Shown in pieces: positions 1-18,722 of a stretch of 64,000 nucleotides of DNA. This DNA comes from the human T2T-CHM13v2.0 reference genome, Homo sapiens, in assembly GCF_009914755.1 (NCBI RefSeq), contig NC_060945.1. The stretch is one strand, 5' to 3'. Each line of letters begins with the position of its first letter. Within the stretch, counting starts at the first letter, position 1. The position numbers were made by a program, and so were the translations under genes. A model generated the notes under the pieces. It had not been told where the DNA came from. It made no database searches and was given only the letters and a program-made list of their open reading frames with translations.

Positions 1-515
1 GCGGAGTCCCTCTCACTTCATGATAGTTACAGCACATACGATTAGCAGAGAATAACAAAGGCATGATATGATACAGATGTTGGGCAGCTAGCGAGGCATG
101 CTCTCCAAATAAGTGACTCACTCTTGTGCGGCAGTTCCTCAGCGGATGTGATTCCAGTGTGTGCCTTGGCAAAATTTAGAAATTACAACATGGTTTGGCC
201 CATAGAGGTTGATGACAAATGGTAAGAACCATAGAGATTAAAGCATAAATATCAGGAATATCCTGTACTTTCTATCTCTTAATCCCTGCTGTCTGTTCTT
301 TGGACTTCAGATGTGCAAGGCCTCCTCATTCTGAAATGCAGAAAGTGTCACTTGACTCTGTAGTGCCACTTAGGTGTCATTTCACTGTTGCACAGATCTA
401 CTGGAACTTCACTCTCCAAGTCCTCTCACAACTTGCTTGGCCTTACTGTACTTCTCTTATTTGTGGCACCTGACTATTAGCCAACCTTTCCTTGGTCTTC
501 CACTGTCATGCATGA

Positions 516-914
<399 letters not shown>

Positions 915-1423
915 TATTTTTCTTTTCTTGAGCAGCACCTAAAGTGTTGTCCTTAACCCTGCTCTTCTTCATGAGTTCTAGTCACTTGTTTCAGTTATAT
1001 GAAGGTCACCCCCGCTTGGAGAATAAACTCAACACAGACTATTAGAAATAAGAGGGCTGTCTTATTGACACTTACTTGTAATCTATCCTCAGTTTGAATG
1101 CTTCCAGAGATGAAAGGCTTGCCTCCTCACACAGCAGCATTTTTTTCATTTTTGGAGAGCTCTATTATGTAAAATAATTTCTTATGTATGGCTAAATCTG
1201 TCTCCTGGGAATTTTGAGACATTGGCTGTTTTTCCGCCCTTAAGAGTAACACTGAAAAATCTTCCCTCTTCTTTCTGATAACACTTAGCAATGCTCTTTT
1301 GGCTCCTGTGAAGCTTTTCTGAGTCCCAAAGTCTCTCAGACCCCAAGCCTTAGAAACATTTTGACTCTTCCTTCTTTAATCCAAGAGCCAACAAATCATC
1401 AAATACTGGAAATTGTAGTTTGA

Positions 1424-1781
<358 letters not shown>

Positions 1782-1980
1782 AGCAATAAATAACAACTTC
1801 TCTCAACTTAATTTAGAGAGCTAATTCAATAGTGATTTTAAAAATCCAATGGAAATTGATACAAATATCGAAGGAGTTGATACAAGTATTCTGAAGTTCA
1901 ATGAGATAATAAAGAAAATATTCAAAATATGAAGAATAATAAGGGGGGATTAGTCATTTGACTTATTAAAACAAAATGAT

Positions 1981-2280
1981 ACTTTGGTAGGTTGATGTGG
2001 GTGGATCACTTGAGACCAGGAGTTCAAGACCAACCTGGCCAACATGGCAAAACCCTGTCTCTACTAAAAATTCAAAAATTGGCTTGGTGTGGTGGCATGC
2101 ACCTGGTACCGCAGCCATTTGGGAGGCTGAGGCACTAGAATCCTTGAACCAGGAGTTGGAGGTGGCAATGAGCTGAGATCCACCACTGAACTGCAGCCTG
2201 GGCAATAGAGCAAGGCTCTGTCAAAAAAAACAAAAAACAAAAAACAAAACAAAAAAAACCCACCAAAACACAAAAATCAA
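1981..2280 (+). mobile_element. Alu, 5'-truncated, diverged, with A/CA-rich tail
   Basis: actttggtaggttgatgtgggtggatcacttgagaccaggagttcaagacc ... A-rich tail. Confidence 0.9.
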
Positions 2281-2335
2281 AATGGCAGTCACTGAAATAG
2301 TGCAGTACTGACATGAACAGAGACAGACTGTAACC

Positions 2336-2441
2336 ACAGGTGGCGGTGCACACCTGTAGTCTCAGCTATTTGGGATAATCACTGGAGCCCAAGAGCTCGA
2401 GGCCAGCCTGAACAACACAGTGAGACCCTGTGTCTGAAAAA
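2336..2441 (+). mobile_element. Alu monomer (FLAM/FRAM-like)
   Basis: Single-arm ggtggcggtgcacacctgtagtctcagcta ... gtgagaccctgtgtct aaaaa. Confidence 0.7.
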
Positions 2442-3020
2442 TGTTGTTTTGAATTGATATATAAAAGAAGAAAATATATATTACTGAGGAGATTAAGGAT
2501 TACTCAGCAATAATTTGGAATCACTGGCTATGAATTTGGAGGAAAATGCAAATATAGATTGTCACTATATATGGAATGAAGTCTATATGGGATTAATAAA
2601 TTCTTAAAAATAAAATCATAGGAAAATGAGGTAAAAATTAATTGAATAGTAAATAAACTTTTAAGATAAGAAGTACAGGTTAAGTTTCCCTTATCCAAAA
2701 TATTTGGGACCAGAAGTGTTTTGGATTTCAGATGCTCTTTGGATTTTGAAATATTTGCATGTACATAATGAGAGATATAAGGGGATGGGGCCCAAATCTA
2801 AACAGGACATTTATTTATGTTTCAAATACACCTGATACACATAGCCTGAAAGTTATTTTATACAATATTTAAAATAATGTTTTGCATGAAACACAGTTTG
2901 TATACATTGAACCATCTGAAAGCAAGTGTCACTATCTCAGCCACCCGTGTGGGCATTGCTGTTTGGTATCACTGTTATTCCAGACTCTGAATATATATGC
3001 TAGTGATAAAAATCATTTTT

Positions 3021-3348
<328 letters not shown>

Positions 3349-3407
3349 TCATTTTCTTACACTTATTTGCATGAGTACTGATCAGTAGAAAATATGGCAT
3401 GCCATCC

Positions 3408-4506
3408 AGTACCATTCAGGACCACATGGGCAAGGACTTCATGACTAAAACACTGAAAGCAATGGCAACAAAAGCCAAAATAGACAAATGGGACCTAATT
3501 AAACAAAGAGCTTCTGCACAGCAAAAGAAACTACCATGAGACTGAACAGGCAACCTACAGAATGGGAGAAAATTTTGCAATCTACCCATCTGACAAAGGG
3601 CTAATATCCAGAATCTACAAAGAACTCAAAAAAATTTACAATAAAAAAACAAGCAACCACATCAAAAAGTGGGCAAAGGATATGAACAGACACTTCTCAA
3701 AAGAAGACATTTATGCAGCCAGCAGACACATGATGATGTGCTCATCATCACTGGTCATCAGAGAAATGCAAATCAAAACCACAATGGGATACCATATCAC
3801 ACCAGTTAGAAATGCAATCATTAAAAAGTCAGGAAACAACAGATGCTGGAGAGGATGTGGAGAAATAGGAAAGCTTTTACACTGTCGGTGGGAGTGTAAA
3901 TTAGTTCAACCATTGTGGAAGACAGTGTGGTGATTCCTAGAGGATCTAGAACTAGAATTATCATTTGACCCAGCAATCCCATTACTGGGTATATACCCAA
4001 AGGATTGTAAATCATGCTACTATAAAGACACATGCACACGTATGTTTATTGTGGCACTATTCACAATAGCAAAGACTTGGAACCAACCCGAATGTCCATC
4101 AGTGATAGACTGGATTAAGAAAATGTGGCACATATACACCGTGGAATACTATGCAGCCATAAAAAAGGATGAGTTCATGCCCTTTGCAGGGACATGGATG
4201 AAGCTAGAAACCATCATTCTGAGCAAACTATCGCAAGGACAGAAAACCATACACTGCATGTTCTCACTCATAGATGGGAACTGAACAATGAGATCACTTG
4301 GACACAGGGTGGGGAACATCACACACTGGGGCCTGTCAGGGGGTGGGGGGTTGGGGGAGGGATAGCATTAGGAGAAATACCTAATGTAAATGATGACTTG
4401 ATGGGTGTAGAAAACCAACATGGCACATGTATACCTATGTACCAAACCTGCAAGTTGTGCACATGTACCCTAGAACTTAAAGTATAATAAAAAGTAAATA
4501 AATAAA
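3408..4506 (+). mobile_element. L1PA (approx. PA5-PA8) 3' fragment: ORF2 C-terminus and 3' UTR
   Basis: ORF-track peptides match the ORF2p C-terminus ([35 protein letters not shown]); G-rich 3' UTR; A tail; TSD aaa(t/c)atgg(c/a)atgccatc. Confidence 0.95.
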
Positions 4507-5145
4507 ACATGGAATGCCATCAATGCAGTGAAAACATAATGTGTTCAGGGCAACCAAGCTGCTCAGTAGCATCCCTGGAATAGCTGAATCAGCTGCTTAA
4601 CAGCAGTAGCAACAAACAACAGCAGGTTTTCAGGCTCCACCTACGATGCTGTGTTTTGATGAAAAGGTTACTGTGCACTGTATTTTATTTTTTTAGATGA
4701 GAAGAAACTTCAGAAGCAATTGAGAGACCAGGAAGTGGGTCCTCTGGGGCTCAGGAGGCATTCTGATGGATGGCTTTTAAAGATGTTTCCTCCAGAATCA
4801 ACTGCCTCGTTAAAGCATAAATGTCAAGCGTAAATTGTTCTTGTCTTAGAAGTCTCTCTTTGACTTTATAAACCTGATATGATTTATTGTTCTGTTATGA
4901 ATGCGTGGTGCTCTAGTCCTTCAATGAGCCCATCACACGTTTTCATTATGTCGTCTAGAGGCAATTTTTCTGCAGTGTTAACTATGTTATCTTCAGCATT
5001 GTGCACCTGCATTTTGACTGCGACCCATCACACGAAGTCAGGTGAGAAATCTTCCACTTGTGGCATCATGTTGGTGCTTAAAATTTTCAGATTTTGGAGT
5101 ATTTTGGATGTGAAATTTTAAGATTAGGGATGCTCAGCCTGTCAT

Positions 5146-5762
5146 AGATGGTGCAGCCACCTCGGAAAACAGTCTGACAGTTCCTTGAAAGGTTAAAGAT
5201 AGAGTTACCATATGACCAGGCAATTCCACTGGGAGGTATGTACCCAAGAGAAGTGAAATACATGTTCACACAAAAACTTGTACATGAATGTTCATAGCAA
5301 CATTATTCATCATACCCCAAAGTGGTGACAACCCATGTCCATCAACTGATGAATAGATAAATAAAATGTGGTATATCCACACAATGGAATATTATTCAGC
5401 ACCGAAAAAGAATGATGTACTGATACATACTGCCACATGGATAAACCTTGAAACATTATCTAAGTGCAAAATGCCAGTGTGAAAGCACCACATATGGTAT
5501 GATTTCATTTATATGAAATGTCCAGAATAGGAAAATCCATAGAGACAGAAAATAGATTGGTGATTTCCTAGGGCTGGAGGTGAGATGAAATGGGGAATGA
5601 CTGCTAATGGGCATGGGTTTATTTTTGGGGTGATGAAAAGCTTCTAAAATTGATTGTGGTGATGGTTACACAATTCTGTGAATACACTAAAACCAACGAA
5701 GTTTGCACTTTACATGGGTGAATTGTGTAGTATTTGAATTATGTCTCATTAAAGCTGTAAAG
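5146..5762 (+). mobile_element. L1M (L1MB-like) 3' end
   Basis: gagttaccatatgaccaggcaattccact ... ggggtgatgaaaagcttctaaaattgattgtggtgatggtt ... aaagctgt. Confidence 0.85.
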
Positions 5763-5792
5763 AAGAAGTAATTGAAGAAATCAGAAAGGAAA

Positions 5793-6095
5793 TGTATTAG
5801 ATAAACAGAACTGATAGGCTATATATAGATGTAAAGAAAGGGATTTATTATGAGGGATTAGCTCACATAATTGTGGAGGCTGAGAAGTCCCTCCATCTGC
5901 CATTTGGAAGTTGAAGGTCCAGGAAAGCCAGTGGTATAGTTTCAGTCCCAGCCCAAAAGCCTGAGACCCAGAGGAACCAATGATGTGAGTCTAAGTCTGA
6001 GCCCAAAGACCCGAGAAGCTGGAGAGCTGATGTCCAAGGGCAGAAGAAGACGGATGTCCCAGCTGAAGCAGAGAGAGCCAATTCACCCTTCCTCC
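5793..6095 (-). mobile_element. MLT2 (ERVL) LTR fragment
   Basis: gatttattatgagggattagctcacataattgtggaggctgagaagtccc, a typical MLT2 reverse complement. Confidence 0.8.
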
Positions 6096-6169
6096 ATCAG
6101 CTATTTGCTTGTTAATCCTGATTGTGCAAATAGCTCAGTGTGCAAAATATATGTCTAAGAGGGAGAGGA

Positions 6170-6644
<475 letters not shown>

Positions 6645-7404
6645 CTAGCTGCCTACTAAAGGACGGGTGCCTGGAATCCACTGACAGTTTCACATACGGT
6701 GTGTTCTGGGGCATCAGCCACCTAGCTGGGGAGAGGGCCCTGGCTCAGAAGACTATGAGGGTGCACAGGAATAACTGGGGCTCCGTCACCCAAGGGAGGG
6801 TGCCTGTAGGACTCAGTTTAAGGGACAGTTTCAACCTCCTGGTGCCATCTTTCACTTATGTCCCACACTTCCAGTTAGTCTTGTGCCTCATCTAAATAAC
6901 CACACCCTGATATTTGCCAAACTGGACCATGAGCATCCCCTCAGATTCTGCTTCAAACCATAGCTGAGCAGGCAACTCCGTATAGGCCCCAAGGCATGTG
7001 TATTTCTGATCAAGTCCTCCACCTACCGGTGACACTTGATTCTCACGTCCCTAGGGTTTACCAACAACACTTGTCTTTCCAGACTGTTCTATTAGAGTGT
7101 ATGCTGACACTCCTCCATAACGACAACAACAAAAAATTAATGCCTGTTAGAGGCGCTATCCATGAAGCAGCAACAGGAGACTGACTGCTTTTGCTATGAG
7201 CCAGAGTCTGATGTGATAAAACCAGAAACAAAAACCAGCCTCTTGTCTTGGTGAAAAAGGGGGCCACTAGGCAAAAGGATGGCGAGAAAGGCCACCTGCA
7301 TTCCTCATTCAAATTCTTCCTCATTCCTTGATTTCTCTCAACAGGTAGCCATCAAATCTGAGATTCGGTGTTGTTATAAATCTCTTCAAGAATATTGGGG
7401 AAGA

Positions 7405-7756
<352 letters not shown>

Positions 7757-8789
7757 CTACCCCTTGTGTGACTTGCTCAAAATAATGTTATTACAAACTC
7801 ATGGAATATTACTGGCTTTAGGCGATGACACAGTTGCAGTAATGTTCTGATTTGATTATTCAGAAATGAAATTTATGGTTTAAATTTCATCCAGGATTTA
7901 TAGAATTTAAAAAAGTTATTCTTCAGTATTTGAAATACCACTTTGCCAAAGCAGAAAAGCCATAAATGTGTTAAACTGGCTAAGAAAATTAAGATGGCAG
8001 TAATACATTTTCTAATAAAAATCATAGCATAATAGCAAAATTACTGCGGAAAACCACAGTTATTGTGGCAAAGACATAAAATGTTACAGCTGCAATAATA
8101 TGCTATTTGTTTTGGCAGGAGAATAAGAATACTGTACATTGCAGTTTTTCAATATTGGAAAAACATAAGAAAATACTATAAACTTAAAAGACTATTTTTT
8201 AAAAATGAAGAAGTGCATGAATGATTTTAAATTTTGAGCATATAAAAGAGTCTTGCTGCAAAGTCTATTGAACTCCTGAGAAGACTCTGTTTTGCTGTTT
8301 CTGATTTGCCAGTATCCTACCAGAAAACTATGCCTCCCAATAGAAAAAGAACACATAATCCTGTCTGTATTTGAGGGTTCAAGCCTGGAGATTCCGCCCC
8401 CTTGGTCGGTTGATTTTTATTGGAAACCCAAGATGCACCTGCCTGTGGAATGCATTTCAGAATGTGGAAGTACAGCAGGAAGAAAGCAGACAAGAACACA
8501 ATCCCATGGTATTCTTGGTTAGGGACAGCTTGGGGGTCAGTGGGGGAGACATACACAGATTAAATGATTAATAGAGTAATTCAGCTTATTTACATTAGTC
8601 TGGTTTTTTACATGAGGGGCTCACAAATTCTTAATTTGTCCTTTCTTTATTATATTTTTCTTTTTTGCTATCTTTCAATATTGATTATCCATTTCTTCCC
8701 TTAATTACTAGACTTTCTGAACTTTTAAAAACATATATCTTCCAACTGGAAAGTATCTGTCCCTTATAACAACTACCAGTACTACTCAT

Positions 8790-9022
8790 AAAACAACAAA
8801 AACCCATATAGCACTTAATAAGTGTCAGTCAGTATTTTAAACAGTTTATGCATATTATTCATTTAATCCTCTCAATGACCCTGTGAGAAGGTGCCATTAT
8901 TCTCCTTATTTTTCATACGTGGAAAGTAAAGAGTAGGGAGAAACTGTCCAAGCTCACACAGCTAGTAAGTCATAGAGCTGAGACTGGAACCCAGATAGCC
9001 TGGCCCCAGAGTCCTTCACTAT
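8790..9022 (-). mobile_element. MIR
   Basis: atttaatcctctcaatgaccctgtgagaaggtgccattatt ... cacacagctagtaagt. Confidence 0.75.
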
Positions 9023-9261
9023 TCTGAATTTATAAAGATATTTTTGATATTTTCTTCCCAAAGTTTTAAAGCTTTCCTTTTCACATTGGAGTTTTAAATC
9101 TATCTATAATTAATTTTGAGTATGGCATGATTTAGGTATAACTTTTTATATGAAAAACTAATTTTCCCAGTTCTATTTATTGATATGCAAATATAAAATG
9201 TCTCTCTTTCTCTCTCTATATATATATCTGAGGTTGTTTTTGAGTGCTTTATATTCTTGCT

Positions 9262-9603
9262 TTGGTCTGAAAATTCACAGGTTGAAATTCTAACTCTTGA
9301 GACGATGGTATTAGAAAGCAGGGCCTTTGGAAGGCGATTACGTCATAAGGGTAGAGCCTTCAGGAATGGGACTTAGTGCCCTTAGAAGAAGCTGAGAGAC
9401 CAGCGTTTTCTCTCTTCCATCATGTGAGGACACAGCAAGAAGGCACCATCTATGAACCAGAAAGTGCCCCTCACCAGACATCAAATCTGCTGGCACCTTG
9501 ATCTTGAACTTCCAGCCTTTAGAACCATGAGGAATAAATGTCTGTTTTTATAAGTCATCCAATAGGTGATGTTTTGTTATAGGGCCTGAGTAGTCTTAGA
9601 CAG
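9262..9603 (+). mobile_element. MLT1A-type MaLR LTR
   Basis: catgtgaggacacagcaagaaggcaccatctatgaaccagaaag...tctgctggcaccttgatcttgaacttccagcc. Confidence 0.85.
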
Positions 9604-9683
9604 TTACAGATGATTCGCTCTCACTGACTGTTGAATATTATTCTAAGTGTGGATATTACACAATTTATTTACCCATTCTACTA

Positions 9684-10004
9684 TTTTAATTTTATTTTTT
9701 TTAATGTTTGAGACAGGATCTTGGTCTGTCACCCAGGCTAGAGTGCAGTGGCACAATCATGGTTCACTGTATCCTCCAACTTCTGGGCTTAAGGGTTCCT
9801 ACCACCTCAACCTCCTGAGTAGCTGGGACTACAAGAATATGCCAACATGCCCAGCTAATTTTTCATCTTTAAAAAAAAATTATTTTGTAGAGTGGGATCT
9901 CACTATGTTGCCCAGGCTAATCTTGAACTCCTGGGCTCAAGCGATCCTTCTGCCTTGGCCTCCTAAAGTGCTGGGATTATAGGCGTGAGCCACTGTACCT
10001 AGTC
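9684..10004 (-). mobile_element. Alu (AluJ-type)
   Basis: Reverse-complement dimer; TSD ccattctactat. Confidence 0.92.
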
Positions 10005-11400
<1,396 letters not shown>

Positions 11401-11419
11401 TAGAATTATTGCTTTATAT

Positions 11420-11660
11420 ATATTTAAGTTGACATGTAATAATTGTACACATTTATGGGGCACATAGTGATGTTTTGGTACATATAAAGTATAGTGATCA
11501 GAATAACAAGAATTAGCATATCCATCATTTCAAACATTTATCATTCGTTTGTATGGGGGACATTTGATATCCTCCTTCTAGCTGTTTGAAACCACATATT
11601 ATTTTTGACTACAGTCATCCTACAATGGTATAGAACACTGGAACTTATTCCTCCTTGACG
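11420..11660 (-). mobile_element. L1MA 3' end
   Basis: aataattgtacacatttatggggcacatagtgatgtttt ... tagaacactggaacttattcctc. Confidence 0.75.
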
Positions 11661-11901
11661 CTATTTTATATGATGCCCTCTACTCTAGAATTGTTGTTCT
11701 AAACAACAGAATGTTAGTTACTCTCTTTTCTAGATAATCAGAATGTTAGTTACCCTCTTTATTGTTATTTTGTCTAAAATTGATGTGGCGATCCTAGATT
11801 TTTTTTTTGGTTCCTATTTGTCTGGTATATCTTTATTCATCACTTTATTCCCTTGTCCTCCATATGTTTTGGATTATCTTTTATAAATAGAATGTAACTG
11901 A

Positions 11902-12197
<296 letters not shown>

Positions 12198-12444
12198 TTT
12201 TTTTTTTTTTTGATGGAGTTTCGCAACCTCTGCCTCCCAGGTTCAAGCTCTTCTCCTGCCTCAGGCTCCCAAGTAGCTGGGATTACAGGCATGTGGCACC
12301 ACGCCTGGCTAATTTTGTATTTTTAGTAGAGACAGGGTTTCTCCATGTTGGTCAGGATGGTCTCGAACTCCTGACTTCAGGTGATCTACCTGCCTTGGCC
12401 TCCCAAAGTGCTGGGATTACAGGCATGAGCCACTGCGCCCAGCC
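12198..12444 (-). mobile_element. Alu (AluSp-like) with an internal deletion in the right arm
   Basis: gagtttcgc joins directly to aacctctgcc; the TSD-like aat(g/a)taactgattttt flanks the Alu pair. Confidence 0.9.
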
Positions 12445-12602
12445 AAATATAACTGATTTTTAAATCTAATCTGTTTTTACTGTGGGAATTTGAGCCATTA
12501 ATATTATTATGGTATATTTAGGTTTGTATTTATTATCTTACTCCATCATGAATTTTTTTTATCCCAATCACCTTCTTCATTTTAATTCTAAGCTTTCTGA
12601 GG

Positions 12603-12973
<371 letters not shown>

Positions 12974-13160
12974 TAACATGAGCTTCTGTTCTTCGCCTAT
13001 GGAATCTGACTGAGTCCATGGTGCTGGATTTGGTGAAGCGTTGGACAAAGGAGTCATCCTAGGTACATAAACAAGAGGAAAGTACAAGTGATAATGAGGG
13101 AAACAGCAAGTTCATCATGAACTACAGATAACCTCTACTTTCATTTCTTTTCCTGTCTAG

Positions 13161-13531
<371 letters not shown>

Positions 13532-14178
13532 TGAAGTGCCCAATTGTATTTCTTTAAATTTACTGAAGTACAAAATTTAAGGTAGGAAGAAGATGATAAG
13601 AACTTTTCCCAGGAAAGTTTCAATGTGATCAGCCCAACAGTGAGATGGCTCTGTAAACATCCAATCCATGGTTACACGCCATTAGCTCAAGAAAAGAGAT
13701 GAGAGCGTTGCTATTTCTTCCACTAGATGGCAATGTTTCTCTGCACACCAACCAGACACGCAGGCTCTCCCGCAAGGTAGCTAATGTCCCCTGGGAGGCG
13801 TCCCGGGCTGGCAGCACCTGCTTCCCGACCCAAGGAGCCACCTACGACGTGGTACAGGCTTCTACTTACCTGGAGGAAGGAGAGGTGCTGAGAGTCCCCT
13901 GAGCCTGTGATTAAGAACTAGGGAAGCAAGCGAGTCAAAGAGGAGGGAGGGTATTTCCAGCATGCAAGCCCTTCAGTGAAAATACACCCGAAGCGAATGC
14001 CTTTCCCAGGGGGTATCTTTGGACCTAATTCAGGATTTGAAATGGAGCTTTCTTTCCTTCTTCCTTTATCCACTTGCCTTGGAAAGCATCTGAATAATAG
14101 GCAGTGCTGCTTTAGGTCTGAGTATGACCCAGCTAGAGGTCAGTTCAATTTACAAGATGCTCAGTTTATGTCATTGCA

Positions 14179-14227
14179 CCATTAAAAGTAGTTGCAAAAC
14201 CATAATTACTTTTGCACCAACGTAATA
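14179..14227. mobile_element. MADE1 (Hsmar1 MITE), partial
   Basis: aaaaccataattacttttgcaccaacgtaata matches the Hsmar1 TIR. Confidence 0.75.
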
Positions 14228-14562
14228 ATTAAAAAACAAACATCCCTCTACCCCCCAACTTCCCAGAACATTTCTTTTGGTATTGCCTGTTTTCATGGAT
14301 AGATATGTTTGGAGACAAATGTTCAAAAAATCATTCTAACGCCTCAGTAGGTACAGAGAAGTATTTGGTAGGTACTGAAGAGGCACTGTCAGATTGTTGT
14401 ATAATCATAGTGGATCATAAAAAAATGACACTGCCAACCCCCTATGTATAAAGGGGTTGTACTTTAGAATTTTTGGATCTCAAAATACATTTTCTAATTA
14501 AAATGTTTTACATGGCAGTTAGTTTTCCGAGTTAGCCCATAATATTACTTCCTATTTTATCA

Positions 14563-14950
<388 letters not shown>

Positions 14951-15077
14951 AGAAATATATTATAATCTCCCCAAATTTCATCCCCAGATACAACCATTGT
15001 CAACATTTTTGTACCAATATTTTTCTCTATGCATTACCAAAAAGTTGTCATAATTTTAAATTCTTCACAGCGACTAG

Positions 15078-15457
<380 letters not shown>

Positions 15458-18089
15458 GGCAGAGCAATTTTTACCTGTTCTCTGAAGATTTTCCAGCTCA
15501 CTCCAGGCGACATGTTTTCTCCATTTCCTGACTGCCAGGGTGCTAGGGGGCATCATCACCAGGTTTTCAAGTATGTTCTGTGTTCTACGATGGTTTCCTG
15601 TTGTTAACCCTTTCATCTTACTATTTCTTTGAGAGTAGAAGCCATGCTTTAGTAAGTGCTTAATAACACCCAATAAATATTTGTCGACTAGTCCATTAGT
15701 TGAAGTCTAGCCCCCTAAGCCTCCGTTTTTCCCCAGGAAACTGTCAGTCCCCAACTCTGTTGCTTGCCTTCACAAGCTAATATCCACACTACAGAAAAGG
15801 ACCAAAGAGGCAGGATTGGGCCCCAGATATGGATAAATCATTGTGGCCAGATATATCTCAGGACAAAAGTGGGAACTTGGTTTCTTGGTTTTGGAGAGCT
15901 CATTGGCTATAGAGTACTGCAAACATTTTTGTACTTAAGTGTCATTTTAAAGCTCAAGTTGGTTTCTCTACATGATATGGTCTTTTTCTCCCTACCTTGG
16001 GAAATTAGTGTTATTTTAAAAATGGTCTTAAAACATATTGATGCCCACTTGTTTTTCATAAGGAAATATGAAAAATGTTCAGACTTCACCAGTGGTTAAA
16101 CAACGCAAATGGTGGCAACTTATATAATTAGCCAACCTGTTTTAAAACGAAATTTTGCTATGCTGGTGAGGTCTTGGCAAAGTGCTACATCCATATGTAG
16201 CCAGTTACAATGTAAGTTGGTTCAACCCTTTGAAAAGCAGGTAGCAATTCTGATCTAAGAACCATAAAAATGTTTATTTCTTTATTTTTGATCAAATAGT
16301 CCTAGGTTCTGGAATCTATCCTAGACAAAGCATCTAAAGGGAGTTGAATGCTCTGTGTTTGAAAATGTTCACTTTAATCTTTATTTTTAGCATGGAAAAC
16401 TGGGAAACAAGCTACTAATAACTACCACTTGTCTGGCTCTGCAGTTCACAAGCAGCTGTCACATGTATCATTTCCTTTGATTTTACCGTGTCCCTGGGAA
16501 GTAGGTGCGGTTGTGACCCTTGCTTCATGGATGAAGAGACATGTTCAGAGTGGTTAAGATACACAGATCACACTGTTGGAATAAAAGCAGAACAAAGCTG
16601 AGGTTTTCTGATTCCAGGGGCTGATCGTGCAGTATGACATCCCTTTATATCTGTGTCTGGCAACAGGGTAAATGTTAACCCAGGAACGTGAGTGTAAGTA
16701 TCTAGCATTAACATAATTATTTTGAAAGCAACATAGCAATATTAAAAAATACTAGGCTGAAAAAAAGTACAAAAAAATCACATATTTGCTGTAATTATTA
16801 CATAAAATTAGATAGCCATCATACTTAAGGACTGGAAGGGAAGGGAAGAAATGAAAGTCATTGAGAGGTTTCCTTTCATTTTAGTACCACTGTGCTTATC
16901 ATTTCATATTGCTGGGAACCATCTGGCACTCTTTGGCTCTTGAATGGAATCATAATTTTCTTAGGAAAAGTTATATATATAGAAACGCATTGCACCGGGT
17001 TGCACTCGCTTTGAGAACACTAAATATAAAATTTCCTGGAATTATAGATTCACAGAGTCACAAAGGCCTATGAGGGAAGGACCAGTGCTGGTGACAGAGA
17101 GAGGCTGAGCGCAGCAGTCCCCAGCCCATGTTCTGGCTGTTTCATCTCAATGACACTTGGGAAGCGAACCTTGTGTGGAGCATGGAGGGGTGGGACCTCC
17201 TTGTGAGGCTGACAAAAGAGGGCTGGGCTTGCCAAATGAAATCAGGCCTTGGGAGGGTGGAGGAGCCTCCATTGTCCTCAGCGCCAGTGATTAAATGCCG
17301 GATTACAGAGGAAACATTCTTTCCATCCTCCCCAGCCCCCAACCTCAGCCCATCAGGCCCATTCACAAGGCTCCTTCCCCCAAATATTGGCCACGGTGCC
17401 TTCTATTTATCACCCTCACAGAGGACACTACAACCCACACAAAGGGGCTTCAGGAGGCTAATGTAAACCAGGTAATAGAAGAAATCAAGAGCTGACACCT
17501 CAAAAATGCCACAGGGGCTGTGGGGCAAAGGAAAAGACATATGGTGTGAAAAGCACCTCCCAGACGCTGCTCCGCTCTCACGCTCTGCCTGTAGTTGGCA
17601 CTCGGTTATTTTCTTGTACCTTCTACTGGCCAAGCACTCATGCCTTGCTGCACATCTAGCTAGTTTTCTCTCTTTTCCAGACGAGACATGTCATGTCGGG
17701 TAGCATCATTTGCAACAGCCTCGTCATCCAGCTGACATGGATATTTGGTTCTCCTTTGTTACTAAGGCCTTGCCTTTCCAGGAGCATCCACATAGACTCT
17801 GCCAGAATGTCATCAGACTAGGCTAGTATCTTGGGCTCAGCTTAATATTCTCTCAGCCTGACATATTGGATCACAGCAGTTAGGACAGAAATTTTGAAAG
17901 GTTGGGGAGAGAGCTGTATGGGAATAGTGCCTGGAATAAATAGATACAAACATTTTAGAACTACTGCATAGACCTAGATGTTCATCAAAGTATTCATTTG
18001 CTTTTTAAAAGGAAAATATTGTGAAGTGTCTTCCAAATAGGCAGTGAGTAAATACATGCTGCAGGTGGAATGAACGAGTGACTTAGGGA

Positions 18090-18310
18090 ATCAGAACACA
18101 AACTGTCATGCCAGATTGCTTGGACTTTGTGACTTACTACCTAAGTGACCTTGAACAAGCTCAGTTTCCTTGTCTGAAAAGTGGAGATAATGGTGATGAT
18201 AATGATGATAGTACTTGCCTCACAGGATTGAAAGCATTATGTAACAAGCTCTCAGATCATCATCTGTTACAGAATACATGCTGTAGGAAGTGTGAGCTAC
18301 TATTATTATT
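18090..18310 (+). mobile_element. MIR
   Basis: gtgaccttgaacaagctcagtttccttgtctgaaaagtggagataat ... cctcacaggattg. Confidence 0.65.
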
Positions 18311-18415
18311 ATTACTTGCTTACAGCAAATAAATCCTAGAGGTGTATTAGCAGCACCAACTTTCCTACAGAGCCAAAGAATATAGAAATGCCAGTATGGA
18401 GAGGGATAATTCTGA

Positions 18416-18722
<307 letters not shown>

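Noticed and set aside
3562-4284. ORF2-like ORFs
   Set aside because: Fragments of a 5'-truncated L1PA with in-frame stops; not a gene
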